A stretch of DNA of 64,000 nucleotides from Candidatus Aminicenantes bacterium (GCA_017886205.1 JAFNEO010000040.1:57346-121345), one strand, 5' to 3'. Positions 18,725-29,803 are shown, counted from the first letter of the stretch. Program-made: numbers and translations. The notes: generated from the sequence alone by a model not told the origin.

Positions 18725-19609
18725 ATGAAGAAGTCCCCTTATGTTGTCTTTTTTATCTTTTTGCTTTGTTCCCCCATGGCCTGCCGGCAGAAGGCGGCCG
18801 AGCCGGATCCCGGAAAAGCCGCGGCTCAAGCGAAAGTTGAGGAGCAGGCCATGAAGACCATCCGCATGGAGCAGATGACCTGGCCCCAGATCAAGGGGGC
18901 GATCGAGTCGGGGTTTACGACGGCCGTCTTCGCGGTGGGGTCGACCGAGCAGCACGGTCCGCATCTGCCGACGATGACCGACGCGCGTATCGGTGAAGAC
19001 TTAGTGGAGCGCGCGGCCCGCAAGCTCGGTCACGCGCTTCAGGCGCGCACGATCGACGTCGGCCTATCGGATCACCACCTCGCCTTCGCCGGCACGATTT
19101 CCCTCAAACCCGAGACGCTGTTGCTGATCATCCGCGATTATGTGGACAGCCTCGCGCGCCATGGCTTCAGGCACATCGTCGTCATCCCGATACACGGCGG
19201 CAACTTCGCGACGGTGCGGCAAGCCATCGACGAGGCGCGGAAGGCCCATCCCGAGATTGATGTCACGGGCTTCACGGATATGCCTGGGCTGATGGACACC
19301 CTCTACCGGATGTCGGCCAAATACGGCATCTCCGCGGAGGAAGCCGGAGGGCACGCCGGCGAGTCTGAGACCTCGATGATGATGGCCCTGGAGCCCGGGC
19401 TGGTCGCCGTCGACCGCTTCGCGCCCGGCTACCTCGGTCCGTTCGGCGAGGCCGAGACGAAGCTGATGATGGAGAAGGGCATGTCGGCCCTCACCGCCAA
19501 CGGCATCCTGGGCGACCCCCGCAGGGCATCCGCCGAGAAGGGCGAGGTCTACCTCGAGCGGCTCGCCGACTTCGTGGTCTCCAAGATCGAACCAAAGACA
19601 GCCGAATGA
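18725..19609 (+). CDS. Creatininase family protein (lipoprotein-like signal)
   Basis: GSTEQHGPHLP..D, HGGN and HAGESETS motifs. Confidence 0.9.
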   Translation: MKKSPYVVFFIFLLCSPMACRQKAAEPDPGKAAAQAKVEEQAMKTIRMEQMTWPQIKGAIESGFTTAVFAVGSTEQHGPHLPTMTDARIGEDLVERAARKLGHALQARTIDVGLSDHHLAFAGTISLKPETLLLIIRDYVDSLARHGFRHIVVIPIHGGNFATVRQAIDEARKAHPEIDVTGFTDMPGLMDTLYRMSAKYGISAEEAGGHAGESETSMMMALEPGLVAVDRFAPGYLGPFGEAETKLMMEKGMSALTANGILGDPRRASAEKGEVYLERLADFVVSKIEPKTAE

Positions 19610-19658
19610 AACTAACATTTCATTGCCGCATCCAAGGCTCTTGGCAAGGAGGAGGGAT

Positions 19659-20936
19659 ATGAGTAAAACGGGAAAGTGCTTATTGATCTTGTGGGGACTC
19701 TTTTTTCTGGCCATTCTTGCATCGGCGGACCAGACCTATGCGATTAAGGCTGGGCGGCTGATCGATGGACAGAGTAATCAGGTCCGTCAGAATGTCATCA
19801 TCGTTGTTCAAGGGAATAAGATCACTGCGCTTGGCGAAAACGCGGCTATCCCTAAAGAGGCCGTCATTATCGACCTCAGCGATAAAACTGTGCTTCCCGG
19901 CTTCATCGATGCCCATACCCACATTATGGTTGATGGCGTGGATGATTATGGAGCTGATCTTTACAAGAATTCGACGCCCTTCCGGACTATCAGGGCCGTA
20001 GCTTCCGTGCGTCAAGCCCTCTGGAACGGCTTCACCGCCTTGCGGGACGTGGAGTCTGAGGGGGCTATGTATGCCGATGTGGATGTAAAGAAAGCGATCA
20101 ATATGGGCCTCATTCCAGGTCCACGATTGTGGGTATCAACGCGTGGATTGAACACATCGGGACGCTATATGCCCAATGATTATTCCTGGGAGCTCGATCT
20201 TCCCAAAGGCGTCCAGATGGTCAGCGGGATTGATGAGGGCCTGAAGGCGGTTAGAGAGCAGGTCGCCTATGGGGCTGACTGGATCAAGATTTATGTGGAC
20301 TGGCCTTTCTTTATTGATAAGGACGGTGGAATATCCGGCCTGACAAATTTTACCCCGGAAGAATTGGCGGCCATGGTGAATGAGGCCCATAGGCTCGAAC
20401 GCAAAGTGGCGGCTCATGCCATCAGCCGGAACGGGATAAAAGCCGCTCTGGAAGCCGGCGTCGACAGTATCGAACACGGAAGCGGGTTTGATGATAGCTT
20501 GATCGATCAGGCTAAGACGCAGGGAGTCTATTGGTGCCCGACATTGCTAGTGTTCGAACACAGTTTCGAACAAAGGGCATCCCCGCTTCTCAAGCAGTTG
20601 CTAGAAATAGAATATAAGGCGCTCAATAAAGCCTATAAAAAAGAACTGAAGATCGCCCTAGGCACGGATGCCGGCTCCTTTCCTTGGTCGATAAACCAGG
20701 CCAAGGAATTTGAGCTCTTGGTCAAGAAAGCAGGCTTCAGTCCGATGGACGCTATAAAAGCAGGCACCTCTGTCGCTGCCGAATTGCTCGGCCAATCGGC
20801 TGAAATCGGTCACATAGCACCCGGGATGTTAGCCGATATTGTTGCCGTTCCTGGTGATCCATTGCAGGACATCTCGGTGCTTCAGAAGGTCATGTTCGTC
20901 ATGAAGGACGGCAGTGTATTTCGGCATGACAAATAG
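19659..20936 (+). CDS. Metal-dependent amidohydrolase (Xaa-Pro dipeptidase-like), exported
   Basis: PGFIDAHTH, WIKIY, AAHA, SIEHG, GTDAG motifs. Confidence 0.9.
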   Translation: MSKTGKCLLILWGLFFLAILASADQTYAIKAGRLIDGQSNQVRQNVIIVVQGNKITALGENAAIPKEAVIIDLSDKTVLPGFIDAHTHIMVDGVDDYGADLYKNSTPFRTIRAVASVRQALWNGFTALRDVESEGAMYADVDVKKAINMGLIPGPRLWVSTRGLNTSGRYMPNDYSWELDLPKGVQMVSGIDEGLKAVREQVAYGADWIKIYVDWPFFIDKDGGISGLTNFTPEELAAMVNEAHRLERKVAAHAISRNGIKAALEAGVDSIEHGSGFDDSLIDQAKTQGVYWCPTLLVFEHSFEQRASPLLKQLLEIEYKALNKAYKKELKIALGTDAGSFPWSINQAKEFELLVKKAGFSPMDAIKAGTSVAAELLGQSAEIGHIAPGMLADIVAVPGDPLQDISVLQKVMFVMKDGSVFRHDK

Positions 20937-20998
20937 CGAGCTCCTTCGCCCGATGCAAAGAAGCGACTTCAGGCTCACTAAAAAGGAGAAGTGATGCC

Positions 20999-22525
20999 AT
21001 GAACACGCGAACCATGCTTGTTCTTGCCGCCGTGATTCTCGGTGGTCTCATTTCCGCTGTGTCCGGACCGGGCTGCTCCGCGCCGTCGTCGGGTCCGCGC
21101 ACAACCATCCAGGTGTCCTTTGATACCACCGGTCGCTACGTGATCCTGGCTTCGACCAAGGCCGCCGCGGCCTACGGAGCGGCCATCACCGAAGCGAAAC
21201 AACTGCATGCCTCCGCCGAGTTCCGCGAGTTCGATCCGGGCGATCTGGCGACCCTGCTGACGGCACTGAAAACGAATCCGCCTCGTTACGCGTTGGTCTT
21301 CATGCTGCCCGACGAGATCGACGTCAACTCCGGCTGGCGCTGGGTGACGATGGCGACCCAACTCGACGCCGATCCTTTCGTCGATCTGCGCACAGGCTTC
21401 ATCACCGGCGAGAATCCGAACGCGGCGCTCGCCTTCCTCAAACGCATCGGACAGTTCGCTCGCGGCGGGATCACGGTGCCCACGCGGATGGTGGACAACC
21501 TCGGCCCGAATCCGCAAGCCCCCAAGGGCAGTTGCGTGGCGGATAGGGGCAGCTTCATGATCCCCGCCTACGCCGATGCGATGGAAGTGATCACGATCTC
21601 GCATGGACTGGAAGGCTTCACCGCCGAGAAGATGAAGCTCATGGAAGACGCCGGCTTCGTTCACTACGGCGGGCACGGATATCCCGACCGCGTGGTGGAT
21701 TCGCTGAACGGGCCGTGGGTGCGCAAGATCCACTTCGCGCCGGGCCTTTTCTTCAACGGCGCTTGTTACACCGGCGTGCCGTACGGATGGTTCGACATGA
21801 TGGGGCCGAAGGTGACGCGAAAGACCGTCAAGGCGCCCGAGTCGTTCTGCCTGGGCGTGCTCGCCAGCGGCCCCGTAGCCTACTTTGCCTCGCTGCACCC
21901 GGATCACGGTATCCCCGTTTACCAGGAGATGGAGTATCTGGCGTATACCGGCGCGCCGCTGGGCGATGTAATCAAGTACACGCACGACGGCGTGGTGCTG
22001 GGCGGCGGAGGTAAACTGTCCGTCTTCGACGAATTCAAGGACGGCATGTCACACCCGGCGTGGACGCCGGCCGATTTCATGCTGAAAGGAACCGCCTCGC
22101 GCGTTCTGTACGGCGATCCATCACTGAAGGTGATGCAGCCGTTCGCCGAGCCGCCCTTCGACGTGACGTGCACCGCGCAAGGCCGGGCGCTGCAGGTGAC
22201 CGCCACGATCCGGAACCTCAAACTGAAGAGCACCTTCACGGAGACCTACTACAGCGAGATGTCCCAGACCAAGCAGTTCAACGACCGGGCGCTGATCATC
22301 TGCAAACTGCCCGCCAGCTGGACGGCCGTCTCCGGCATCGCGCAACTGTCCGTGACCTCAGGCGGCCAGACGTTGACCGGCAAGCTGATTGGCTTCGGCG
22401 TCGAGCAGGACGGCGGAGCAAACCTGCTGCACGTGCTGATCGATCTGCCCAGCACCGGCTATCAGGACGGCCCGTTCCGTAAACCGGGCGCGAAAGTCAG
22501 CTTCAACGCGAGCCGAATTCAGTGA
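20999..22525 (+). CDS. Exported protein, putative clan CD (gingipain/C25-like) cysteine peptidase
   Basis: VHYGGHG and FFNGACYTG His/Cys dyad pattern, LYGDPSL. Confidence 0.5.
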   Translation: MNTRTMLVLAAVILGGLISAVSGPGCSAPSSGPRTTIQVSFDTTGRYVILASTKAAAAYGAAITEAKQLHASAEFREFDPGDLATLLTALKTNPPRYALVFMLPDEIDVNSGWRWVTMATQLDADPFVDLRTGFITGENPNAALAFLKRIGQFARGGITVPTRMVDNLGPNPQAPKGSCVADRGSFMIPAYADAMEVITISHGLEGFTAEKMKLMEDAGFVHYGGHGYPDRVVDSLNGPWVRKIHFAPGLFFNGACYTGVPYGWFDMMGPKVTRKTVKAPESFCLGVLASGPVAYFASLHPDHGIPVYQEMEYLAYTGAPLGDVIKYTHDGVVLGGGGKLSVFDEFKDGMSHPAWTPADFMLKGTASRVLYGDPSLKVMQPFAEPPFDVTCTAQGRALQVTATIRNLKLKSTFTETYYSEMSQTKQFNDRALIICKLPASWTAVSGIAQLSVTSGGQTLTGKLIGFGVEQDGGANLLHVLIDLPSTGYQDGPFRKPGAKVSFNASRIQ

Positions 22526-22659
22526 GAGATAAGGAGCCCGGTATGCACAAGGACCCAAAGAGCAGGAGAGGAGGGACTACCTGGAGTTCATCGCCCAGGT
22601 CACTTCATTATCTACACTATTTCTCCTCTTCGCTATCATAATATTCGCTCGACCTTTGC

Positions 22660-22840
22660 GCGCCCGTAGCTCAGCGGATAGAGCGGTGGACTTCGAATCA
22701 GAACGGGTGGATTTTTCTAACCTCCTGAAAACAAAGTAATAGTCAATCTTTCCAGCAAGTTACAGATTATCTCTAGGTATACAGAGGTATACGAAAGTCT
22801 ATGGAAGTATACCGGGGATGGTCACAATTTGGTCACAATT
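22660..22840 (+). repeat. att-like repeat copy 1: tRNA-Arg 5' half (40 nt) plus 141-bp arm region
   Basis: 181-bp direct repeat of 32440-32620 (9 mismatches by eye); GTATA-type units at 10-bp period; GGTCACAATT twice. Confidence 0.9.
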
Positions 22841-22977
22841 CTCATTTTGGTTAGGCGATTCGATATCCAGTTCTGTCTGAAAGCGAAAGGATAGGGGAGA
22901 GGGCTGTTTTAATGAACTAGTTCACAGGCTTGACATGCCCCTTTTTTTATTTAAATATATGGCCAAAGGAGGTAAAG

Positions 22978-25791
22978 ATGGGCAGATTCAAACCTTTAAG
23001 TCTGGTCCTGGCGCTTTGTCTCTCTATCTTGTTTGTTGGCCCTTCCATGGCCCAAGAGCAGTATGGGAACCTGAGAGGCGTCGTCGTGGACAAGGATGGC
23101 GCACCGTTGCCGGGCGTCTCCCTCGTCCTCGAATCGCCGAAGTATGGCGCTCGCACCGCGGTCACCTCCGAGGCGGGAAATTTCAGGTTCATCAACATCA
23201 CACCCTCCATCTACACCCTGAAATGCGAGCTCCCGGGCTTTAAGACCTACCTTCAGGAGAACTTGGACATCCGGGTGGGCTCTAACTTTGACCTCAGGAT
23301 CGTCATGGAGCTGGCCGTTCTCCAGGAGGAAGTGACGGTCAAGGCCGAGTCGCCCGTCGTGGACACCAAGAAGACCTCGGTCGGCGTCAACGTCACCCAG
23401 GAGGCCCTCCAAGAAATCCCTTCGGCGCGCGATCCCTGGGTGATTCTTCAGCAGGTCCCCGGAATCTTGATGGCCGAGGAGAACGTGGGCGGTAGCCGCT
23501 CCGGCATGCAAACGGAGTTCTACTCCAAGGGCACCGACTACCGCAGTGCCATGTGGAACATGGACGGCATCCCGATAACCGACCGGGGTTCCATGGGCTC
23601 TTCCTTCTATTATGATTTTGACTCCTTTGAGGAGATAAACATCACTACGGGGGGACAGGATGCGCCGGTCCAAACCGCCGGCGTTTCTATCAACTTCGTC
23701 ACCCGGCGCGGGGGGAACAGGTTTCAGGGAATGGCCCGGGTTTATTTCGCCAACGACGGCCTTCAGTCCGACAACCGGACCGAGGAATTAAGAGAGCTTG
23801 GCTACGTGGGCGACCAAATCACTCAGATCATGGACTACGGTTTCCAGCTCGGCGGCCCCATTCTCAAGGACAGGCTCTGGTTCTGGCTGGGTTGTGGCGT
23901 CCAGGACAGCCGCCGGCTCACCATCGACGGCTACCCGACCACCTACAAGCTTTACAACTACAACGCCAAGCTCAATGCCCAGCTCAGCCCCAAGAACAGG
24001 GCCGAGCTGGCCTTGTACGTTCCTCTCAAATACGCCTACGGGAGAGATGCCGGACCGTTCAACCCGCCGGAGACAACCTTTGACCAGAAGGACAATGGCA
24101 CGGTCTATGTCAAGCTCGAGGACGAACATATTTTCTCCCCGGACTTTCTGCTGTCCTTTAAGCTGTCCTATGTCAGCAACCGCTGGGATCTGTATCCCAA
24201 GGGCGGTCTTGAGCCACAGGGCGGCTATGATCTTGTCACCGGAATGTTTTCAGGAACAAACTCATATGTTTTTAATGAGCGGCCCATTTTCGATGCCAAG
24301 TTGGACGGTATTTTCTTCAGCGACCGGCTCCTGGGCGGAAGCAACGAACTCCGGTTCGGACTGGAGTACCGCCTTCCCAAGGGGCGGTATTATTGGTACG
24401 ACCCCGGGGATGTATGGAAATATTACCGCGACGGCAAGCCGTTTGCCGCCTACGTTGAGAGGGAAGAAAACCTCCAGGGACACCTGGACCACTCCAGTTT
24501 TTATTTAAGTGACTCTTTTACCGCGGGGCGTTTAACCTTAAACCTGGGACTGAGAGTAGACCGGCAGAAGGACAAGATCGATGCCTCACCGGTCCAGGCC
24601 AGCCGCGTCGCCCCCGACCTCTTGCCTGCCCTGACCTTTCCCGCCATCGACCCGGGATTCGCCTTCTTCACCCTCTCGCCAAGGATCGGTTTCACCTTTG
24701 ATTTAACGAACGATAAAAAAACGATGCTCCGGGGCAACATCGCGCGCTACAGCGAGCAAATGGCTTTGACTGCCGGCAATTTGTTAGCTCCCGCCCAATA
24801 CGCCTATGCTCTTTATTTTTGGAAAGACCTCAACGGCGACGACCGGGTCACCACCAATGAGCTCCTGGGCTACCCGCTGGACGGACTGCTCGACTGGGGC
24901 GGGTTTGACCCCTGGAACCCCACCGCCCTTGAAACGCCCAACGCCATCGATAAAAACCTCAAGTCTCCCCTCACGGATGAAATCCTCTTGGCCGTGGAGA
25001 GGGAGATGTTCGCCGATTTCTCCCTGGCTGCCACCCTGATCTCCCGCCGCATGCACCGTTTCACCTGGGAAGTTATGTACGACAAGGAAACGGACACCAA
25101 GATCACCCAGGAAGATTTTATCGGTCCGGTCACCGGATCCCTCACCTATGAAGACCGGACCTACAATTATCAGTATTGGTACTTGGACCAGCTTCGACCC
25201 GCGGGCGCGTTCATGGAGAACTGGCCCGACGCACACCGATACAATTCCTCGGTCGAACTTACGGCTGCGAAACGGCTGAGTCACGGCTGGATGTTAAACG
25301 CTTCTTTTACTTACCAGTGGGATAAGTTCTCTTACGGAGTGAAGGGCTACATCGACCCGACGAATGTCAAGATCAACGACGCCGTCGCAGTGGGCATCTG
25401 GATGGCCAAGATCAACTTCCTGTTCGAACTGCCCTGGGGCATCGCCTTCAGCGGCTTCGCCAATGCCAGGCAGGGCTACAACCTCGGCGAGCAGATCGTT
25501 GTTGATACGCCGGAGAGGGCGGAGACCGGCTTGGGAGCCTATTTCTATCTGGACACGGTCAAACCCGGAGCCAAGAGGCTTCCCGGTTTCGTCAACGCCG
25601 ACTTGAGCCTGTCCAAGAACCTCAGGCTAAAGAACTACGGTTCCCTGGTCCTGGAAGTAGATGCCTTCAACATCTTCAATTCCAGTCATACCCTTGGGCG
25701 ATACAACCTGGCTAACTCGCCTGATTTTGGGCAGATCACGAAAATTCTCAACCCGCGGGTTATACGGCTGGGGATCAAATACCAGTTCTAA
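22978..25791 (+). CDS. TonB-dependent receptor (carboxypeptidase-regulatory N-domain, Oar-like)
   Basis: GVVVDKDGAPLPGV, plug domain, GGPILKDRLWF, LSPRIGF, C-terminal KYQF. Confidence 0.9.
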   Translation: MGRFKPLSLVLALCLSILFVGPSMAQEQYGNLRGVVVDKDGAPLPGVSLVLESPKYGARTAVTSEAGNFRFINITPSIYTLKCELPGFKTYLQENLDIRVGSNFDLRIVMELAVLQEEVTVKAESPVVDTKKTSVGVNVTQEALQEIPSARDPWVILQQVPGILMAEENVGGSRSGMQTEFYSKGTDYRSAMWNMDGIPITDRGSMGSSFYYDFDSFEEINITTGGQDAPVQTAGVSINFVTRRGGNRFQGMARVYFANDGLQSDNRTEELRELGYVGDQITQIMDYGFQLGGPILKDRLWFWLGCGVQDSRRLTIDGYPTTYKLYNYNAKLNAQLSPKNRAELALYVPLKYAYGRDAGPFNPPETTFDQKDNGTVYVKLEDEHIFSPDFLLSFKLSYVSNRWDLYPKGGLEPQGGYDLVTGMFSGTNSYVFNERPIFDAKLDGIFFSDRLLGGSNELRFGLEYRLPKGRYYWYDPGDVWKYYRDGKPFAAYVEREENLQGHLDHSSFYLSDSFTAGRLTLNLGLRVDRQKDKIDASPVQASRVAPDLLPALTFPAIDPGFAFFTLSPRIGFTFDLTNDKKTMLRGNIARYSEQMALTAGNLLAPAQYAYALYFWKDLNGDDRVTTNELLGYPLDGLLDWGGFDPWNPTALETPNAIDKNLKSPLTDEILLAVEREMFADFSLAATLISRRMHRFTWEVMYDKETDTKITQEDFIGPVTGSLTYEDRTYNYQYWYLDQLRPAGAFMENWPDAHRYNSSVELTAAKRLSHGWMLNASFTYQWDKFSYGVKGYIDPTNVKINDAVAVGIWMAKINFLFELPWGIAFSGFANARQGYNLGEQIVVDTPERAETGLGAYFYLDTVKPGAKRLPGFVNADLSLSKNLRLKNYGSLVLEVDAFNIFNSSHTLGRYNLANSPDFGQITKILNPRVIRLGIKYQF

Positions 25792-25935
25792 GTCGAGGGC
25801 GCATAGGGGCTAAGGCTTAACTATCGACAAATCGCCGGCTCGGCTGCCAATTGTTGAATGTCGAGACTTGACCCCTTTCATTGACTCCACGGGCCTTAAT
25901 TATTATTCTATCTTCAGCGCAGCCGAGAGCAGGCA

Positions 25936-28689
25936 ATGAAGTGCCCCAAGTGCGAGACGGTTAATCCGGCCGATTCCAAGTTCTGCAAGGAATGCGCGAC
26001 GGCTCTTCCGTTATCTGAAAAGCCTCAGATATCGGTCACCCGAACACTTGAAATGGTGGCCGACGAACTCGCTAGGGGGATGGTCTTTGCCGGCCGCTAC
26101 GAAATTATCGAGGAGCTAGGCGCGGGCGGGATGGGCCGCGTCTACCGGGCCTTCGACAAGAAGATCGACGAGGAAGTGGCCCTCAAGCTCCTCAAGCCGG
26201 CGATCGCGGCGGACAAGAGGATTGTCGAGCGGTTCCGGAACGAGCTGAAAATCGCCCGCAAGATCCGGCATGCCAACGTCTGCGCCATGTTTGATCTGGG
26301 CGAAGAGGGGAAAAACCTCTTCATCTCCATGGAATATGTGCGCGGAGAGGACCTGAGCAGCCTGATCCGGCGGACTGAGAAGCTGACCGCCGGAAAAGCC
26401 GTCCTGATCGCCCGCCAGGTCGCCGAGGGTCTCGGGGAGGCGCACAAGCTCGGCGTCGTCCACCGCGACCTCAAGCCCGGAAACATCATGATCGACAAGG
26501 ACGGCAGCGCCAAGATCATGGATTTCGGGATCGCGCGGTCGCTGACCCTGCCGGGGACGACGTTGGAGGGGATGATCATCGGGACACCCGAATACATGAG
26601 CCCGGAGCAGGTCGAAGGGAAACCGGTCGACCCGCGTTCCGATATCTATTCGCTGGGGATTATTCTTTACGAGATGGTCACGGGCCGGCCTCCGTTCGCC
26701 GGGGATACTCCCTTCAGCGTCGCTTACAAGCACAGGCACGAGGCGCCCGAGGACCCGCGGAAATTCAACCCCCATCTTCCCGATGCCCTCAACCGCGTGA
26801 TTTTGCGCTGCCTGGAGAAAGACAGAGAGGCCAGATACCAGACGGCGCAGGAACTGCTGGCGGATCTGGAGACACTGGAGAGCGAGGCTCCCGTCTCCGT
26901 GGAAACGGCGTGGACGGCAAGAAAACCTCTCCCCTCAAAAGACATCTCGGTCACCTTTTCCCTCAGGAAGCTTCTCATCCCGGGCCTCGTCGCACTGGCC
27001 GTCGTCGTCATCGGGGCCGCCTCCTTCTTCATGTTTAGAAAATCCGGCCCCGGTCTCGACCCCGACCTCGTCGCGGTCGCCCCGTTCGAAAATCTCACGG
27101 GCGATCCCTCGCTCGATATCCTGGGAAGGATGGCTTCCGACTGGGTCGGCCAGGGGCTGTCCCAGATCAGCGGGCTCAAGGTTGTTCCGACGATCAGCGT
27201 GCCGCCGCTGTCCCCTACTGTGAAGTCCGGAGAAAAAACGAGCCCGGCGCTCTCTCCGCTTCATGTTCTCGCCGAACAGACCGGCGCGGGGAAGGTGGTC
27301 TCAGGGACCTATTATCTTGCCGGAGGCGAGCTCCAGTTCCTGTCCAGCATCACGGACGCCCGCAGCCGGATGCTCTTCCGTTCTCTTCAACCGGTCAAGG
27401 GACGCCTGGCCGACAGGATGGATGTCATCGAGAAGCTCCGCCAGCTCATCATGGGCGCCATGGCCGCCGACCTCGGATTTACGATCGGTGATTGGCTGGG
27501 CGTGCGTCCCCCAAGTTATGAGATCTACCAGGAGTTCATCCTGGGAATGAATGCGTTCGGGAGCAGCGATATTCCCAAGTCGATCGGCCATCTGGAAAAG
27601 GCCGTCGAACTCGACCCCGGGTTCATGCCCGCCCACATCTGGCTGGCCCGCTGCTATCAGGTTAAGGGACGGTGGGACAAGGCGGTCCCGATTCTCGAGC
27701 TCACTGATCAGAACAGAGACAAGCTCACGCCCGAAATGCTGCTCTTTTCGGATCGTCTGAGGGCGGATAGTCAGGGCAAATACGAGGAGGGTTTGCGCGC
27801 CCTCCTTGAGCTGCGAAAGCTCGCCCCGCGTGAGCCTCTTTATATCTTCGCGGCTGCCGTAAATGCGATCGCTATCAATAAGCCACGGCAGGTGATCGAT
27901 CTCTTTGAAAAAACCGAAGTCCCGGAGGGCTGGCTGAAAATAGACATAGGATCAGCGTGGTTTGGCCATTGGTCCAACGCTCATTACTTCTTAGGAAACC
28001 ACAAGAAGGAGCTTAAGGTCATCCGCAGGGCCCGGGAATATTACCCTGATGCTTTGGCTCCGATGACCCTGGAAGCAAGGGCGCTGGCGGCTCTGGGAAG
28101 GATCGAAGACGTTAAGAAAGTTGTTGACGAAAGCCTCCTCTCGAGATCTGCGATCGGCGCCTGGACCGCGGGACGGGTCATGCTCGCCGCCGCCCGCGAG
28201 CTCCGCCTGCGCGGATACCAGGAAGCCTACAAGGACATGGCCGGGCGGGCGGCGGAATGGTACAGGGAGCGGCTGGCCGGCAAGGAAGCGTCGGAGGAGC
28301 AACGATTTGAGCTGGTAGAGGCGCTTTATATTGCAGAGCAATGGGAAGAAGCAGACTCTCTCGTCGAAAAACTGAGGTCGGAAAAACCCGATGATATAGA
28401 TTACCTCGGATACGGCGGCGCGCTCGCCCCCAGGAGGGGCGATAAGGAAGAGGCGCTGAGGATTTCCGAGGAGCTGAAGGGGATCGACCGCCCGTTCACG
28501 TTCGGCGCGCAGACGTACTGGCGGGCGAGAATCGCCGCCCTCCTGGGAATGAAGCAAGAGGCCGCGGAGCTTCTTCAACAATCGTTCTCCCAGGGAACAG
28601 AATACGATGTTTTCCTCATCCAGGAAGCGGATTTTGAGCCTCTTCGTGATTATGCGCCGTTTAAAGAGCTGATGAAGCCGAAGGGGTAG
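25936..28689 (+). CDS. Zinc-ribbon Ser/Thr protein kinase with TM helix and TPRs (kinase 5)
   Basis: CPKC/CKEC, HRDLKPGN, DFG, GTPEYMSPEQ, TM helix, VAVAPFEN, TPRs. Confidence 0.92.
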   Translation: MKCPKCETVNPADSKFCKECATALPLSEKPQISVTRTLEMVADELARGMVFAGRYEIIEELGAGGMGRVYRAFDKKIDEEVALKLLKPAIAADKRIVERFRNELKIARKIRHANVCAMFDLGEEGKNLFISMEYVRGEDLSSLIRRTEKLTAGKAVLIARQVAEGLGEAHKLGVVHRDLKPGNIMIDKDGSAKIMDFGIARSLTLPGTTLEGMIIGTPEYMSPEQVEGKPVDPRSDIYSLGIILYEMVTGRPPFAGDTPFSVAYKHRHEAPEDPRKFNPHLPDALNRVILRCLEKDREARYQTAQELLADLETLESEAPVSVETAWTARKPLPSKDISVTFSLRKLLIPGLVALAVVVIGAASFFMFRKSGPGLDPDLVAVAPFENLTGDPSLDILGRMASDWVGQGLSQISGLKVVPTISVPPLSPTVKSGEKTSPALSPLHVLAEQTGAGKVVSGTYYLAGGELQFLSSITDARSRMLFRSLQPVKGRLADRMDVIEKLRQLIMGAMAADLGFTIGDWLGVRPPSYEIYQEFILGMNAFGSSDIPKSIGHLEKAVELDPGFMPAHIWLARCYQVKGRWDKAVPILELTDQNRDKLTPEMLLFSDRLRADSQGKYEEGLRALLELRKLAPREPLYIFAAAVNAIAINKPRQVIDLFEKTEVPEGWLKIDIGSAWFGHWSNAHYFLGNHKKELKVIRRAREYYPDALAPMTLEARALAALGRIEDVKKVVDESLLSRSAIGAWTAGRVMLAAARELRLRGYQEAYKDMAGRAAEWYRERLAGKEASEEQRFELVEALYIAEQWEEADSLVEKLRSEKPDDIDYLGYGGALAPRRGDKEEALRISEELKGIDRPFTFGAQTYWRARIAALLGMKQEAAELLQQSFSQGTEYDVFLIQEADFEPLRDYAPFKELMKPKG

Positions 28690-29003
28690 GATTCCAGGAA
28701 GAGGTTGGCGGCATTGAAGCAATAGTATCTTCTGGGGTTAATTGAATCCATCTTTCGTCTTTCAGCTCTGATACCGTAATTTCATCGCTTTTCAGCCAAA
28801 TCGTGCCCACCACGTGACCACGGAGGGCATATAGGGAGGAGTCTGCCTTCCTCGAATTGACTTCCCAAACTCGCTGTGCTAAAGCTTGAGCCATAATAGA
28901 TTGGGGAGAATCTAAAGTCAGCGAGAAGTGAACTAACAACCCACATTTGCAAACCTGACTTTGTCGCTTCCCGATCTGCGAATCACTTTAAAAGGAGGTT
29001 TTC

Positions 29004-29440
29004 ATGAAAAAGAGTTGGGGGAAGAGTGTTTTTGTCGGGGTTTCTATTTTGGCTGTCTGTGCAATGTTTTTGGCATTACAGCCGACTCCAACACTGGACA
29101 ACAGCTTCTGCACCTCCAGGGCTTCAGCATAGGCTCAGTCGCTGATATCCTTGAAAAGGTCAAAGATAATCTTCCTAAGGCAGCCCAAGAGGCTGGTGTT
29201 GATACTATTGTGAGCAAATGGGAGGTTGCTTACAAGAACCCATCCATCGAAATCGTCGATGTGACCTCTCATTTGGTTAAGTTATTCAATCCCCCCGAAC
29301 AAACACTCAAGATAATTGAGGGACTGTCAAAGCAGCCTCCAATCTCATTATTAGAAGCGCTGCAAATTAAGGAAGGGGAGCAGGGAGAAGTCCCGACTTC
29401 CCCGAAGTCGAGGATGCCAGGAAGAGGCTGGCAGGGCTGA
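29004..29440 (+). pseudogene. Frameshifted/truncated exported protein gene
   Basis: RBS GGAGG and ATG 29004 give a signal peptide that stops after about 42 codons; the body continues in another frame and ends in an unrelated relic tail. Confidence 0.5.
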
Positions 29441-29458
29441 AAGGCATATGATAAGCTC

Positions 29459-29513
29459 GCTCGTCGGGCTCATAACCCGGAGGTCGTTGGTTCAAATCCA
29501 ACCCCCGCTACCA
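29459..29513 (+). pseudogene. tRNA-fMet(CAT) 3' fragment (att remnant)
   Basis: GCTCGTCGGGCTCATAACCCGGAGGTCGTTGGTTCAAATCCAACCCCCGCTACCA; GGG/CCC anticodon stem; 5' acceptor strand and D arm absent. Confidence 0.85.
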
Positions 29514-29702
29514 TCCGAATATCAACGTGTTCCCCATATGAACGAGGCCGGTCGTTTCACGGAAGAGGCGCCGGTCCGCCGCCGTCTCGAGCCCGAGGCC
29601 GAATAGCCCCCGGAGATAGACCTCCCACGAGTGCCAAGTCGCCGGGTCACGGAAGAGAGGGGCGAAGACATCCCGGCTATGGAGGGCGTCAATGATATTC
29701 AA
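29508..29702 (-). pseudogene. N-terminal fragment of a terminase large subunit
   Basis: MNIIDALHSRDVFAPLFRDPATWHSWEVYLRGLFGL..FRETTG aligns with the N-terminus of 47345-48745. Confidence 0.75.
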
Positions 29703-29803
29703 GGGTTCTCCTTCGGCCCGTCATATTTGTCCCTCGGATGTCGGATAGAATTGATTTTGCCATAGAACCAGTGATAGTATGATTTCAAAGAGGGACGGCA
29801 AAT

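Noticed and set aside
22660-22735. Full tRNA-Arg genes at 22660 and 32440
   Set aside because: Similarity stops just after the anticodon loop; no T arm or 3' acceptor strand.
22780-22840. CRISPR array suggested by short periodic repeats (also at 39581 and 43559)
   Set aside because: Units are 9-11 bp without unique spacers, and there are no cas genes.
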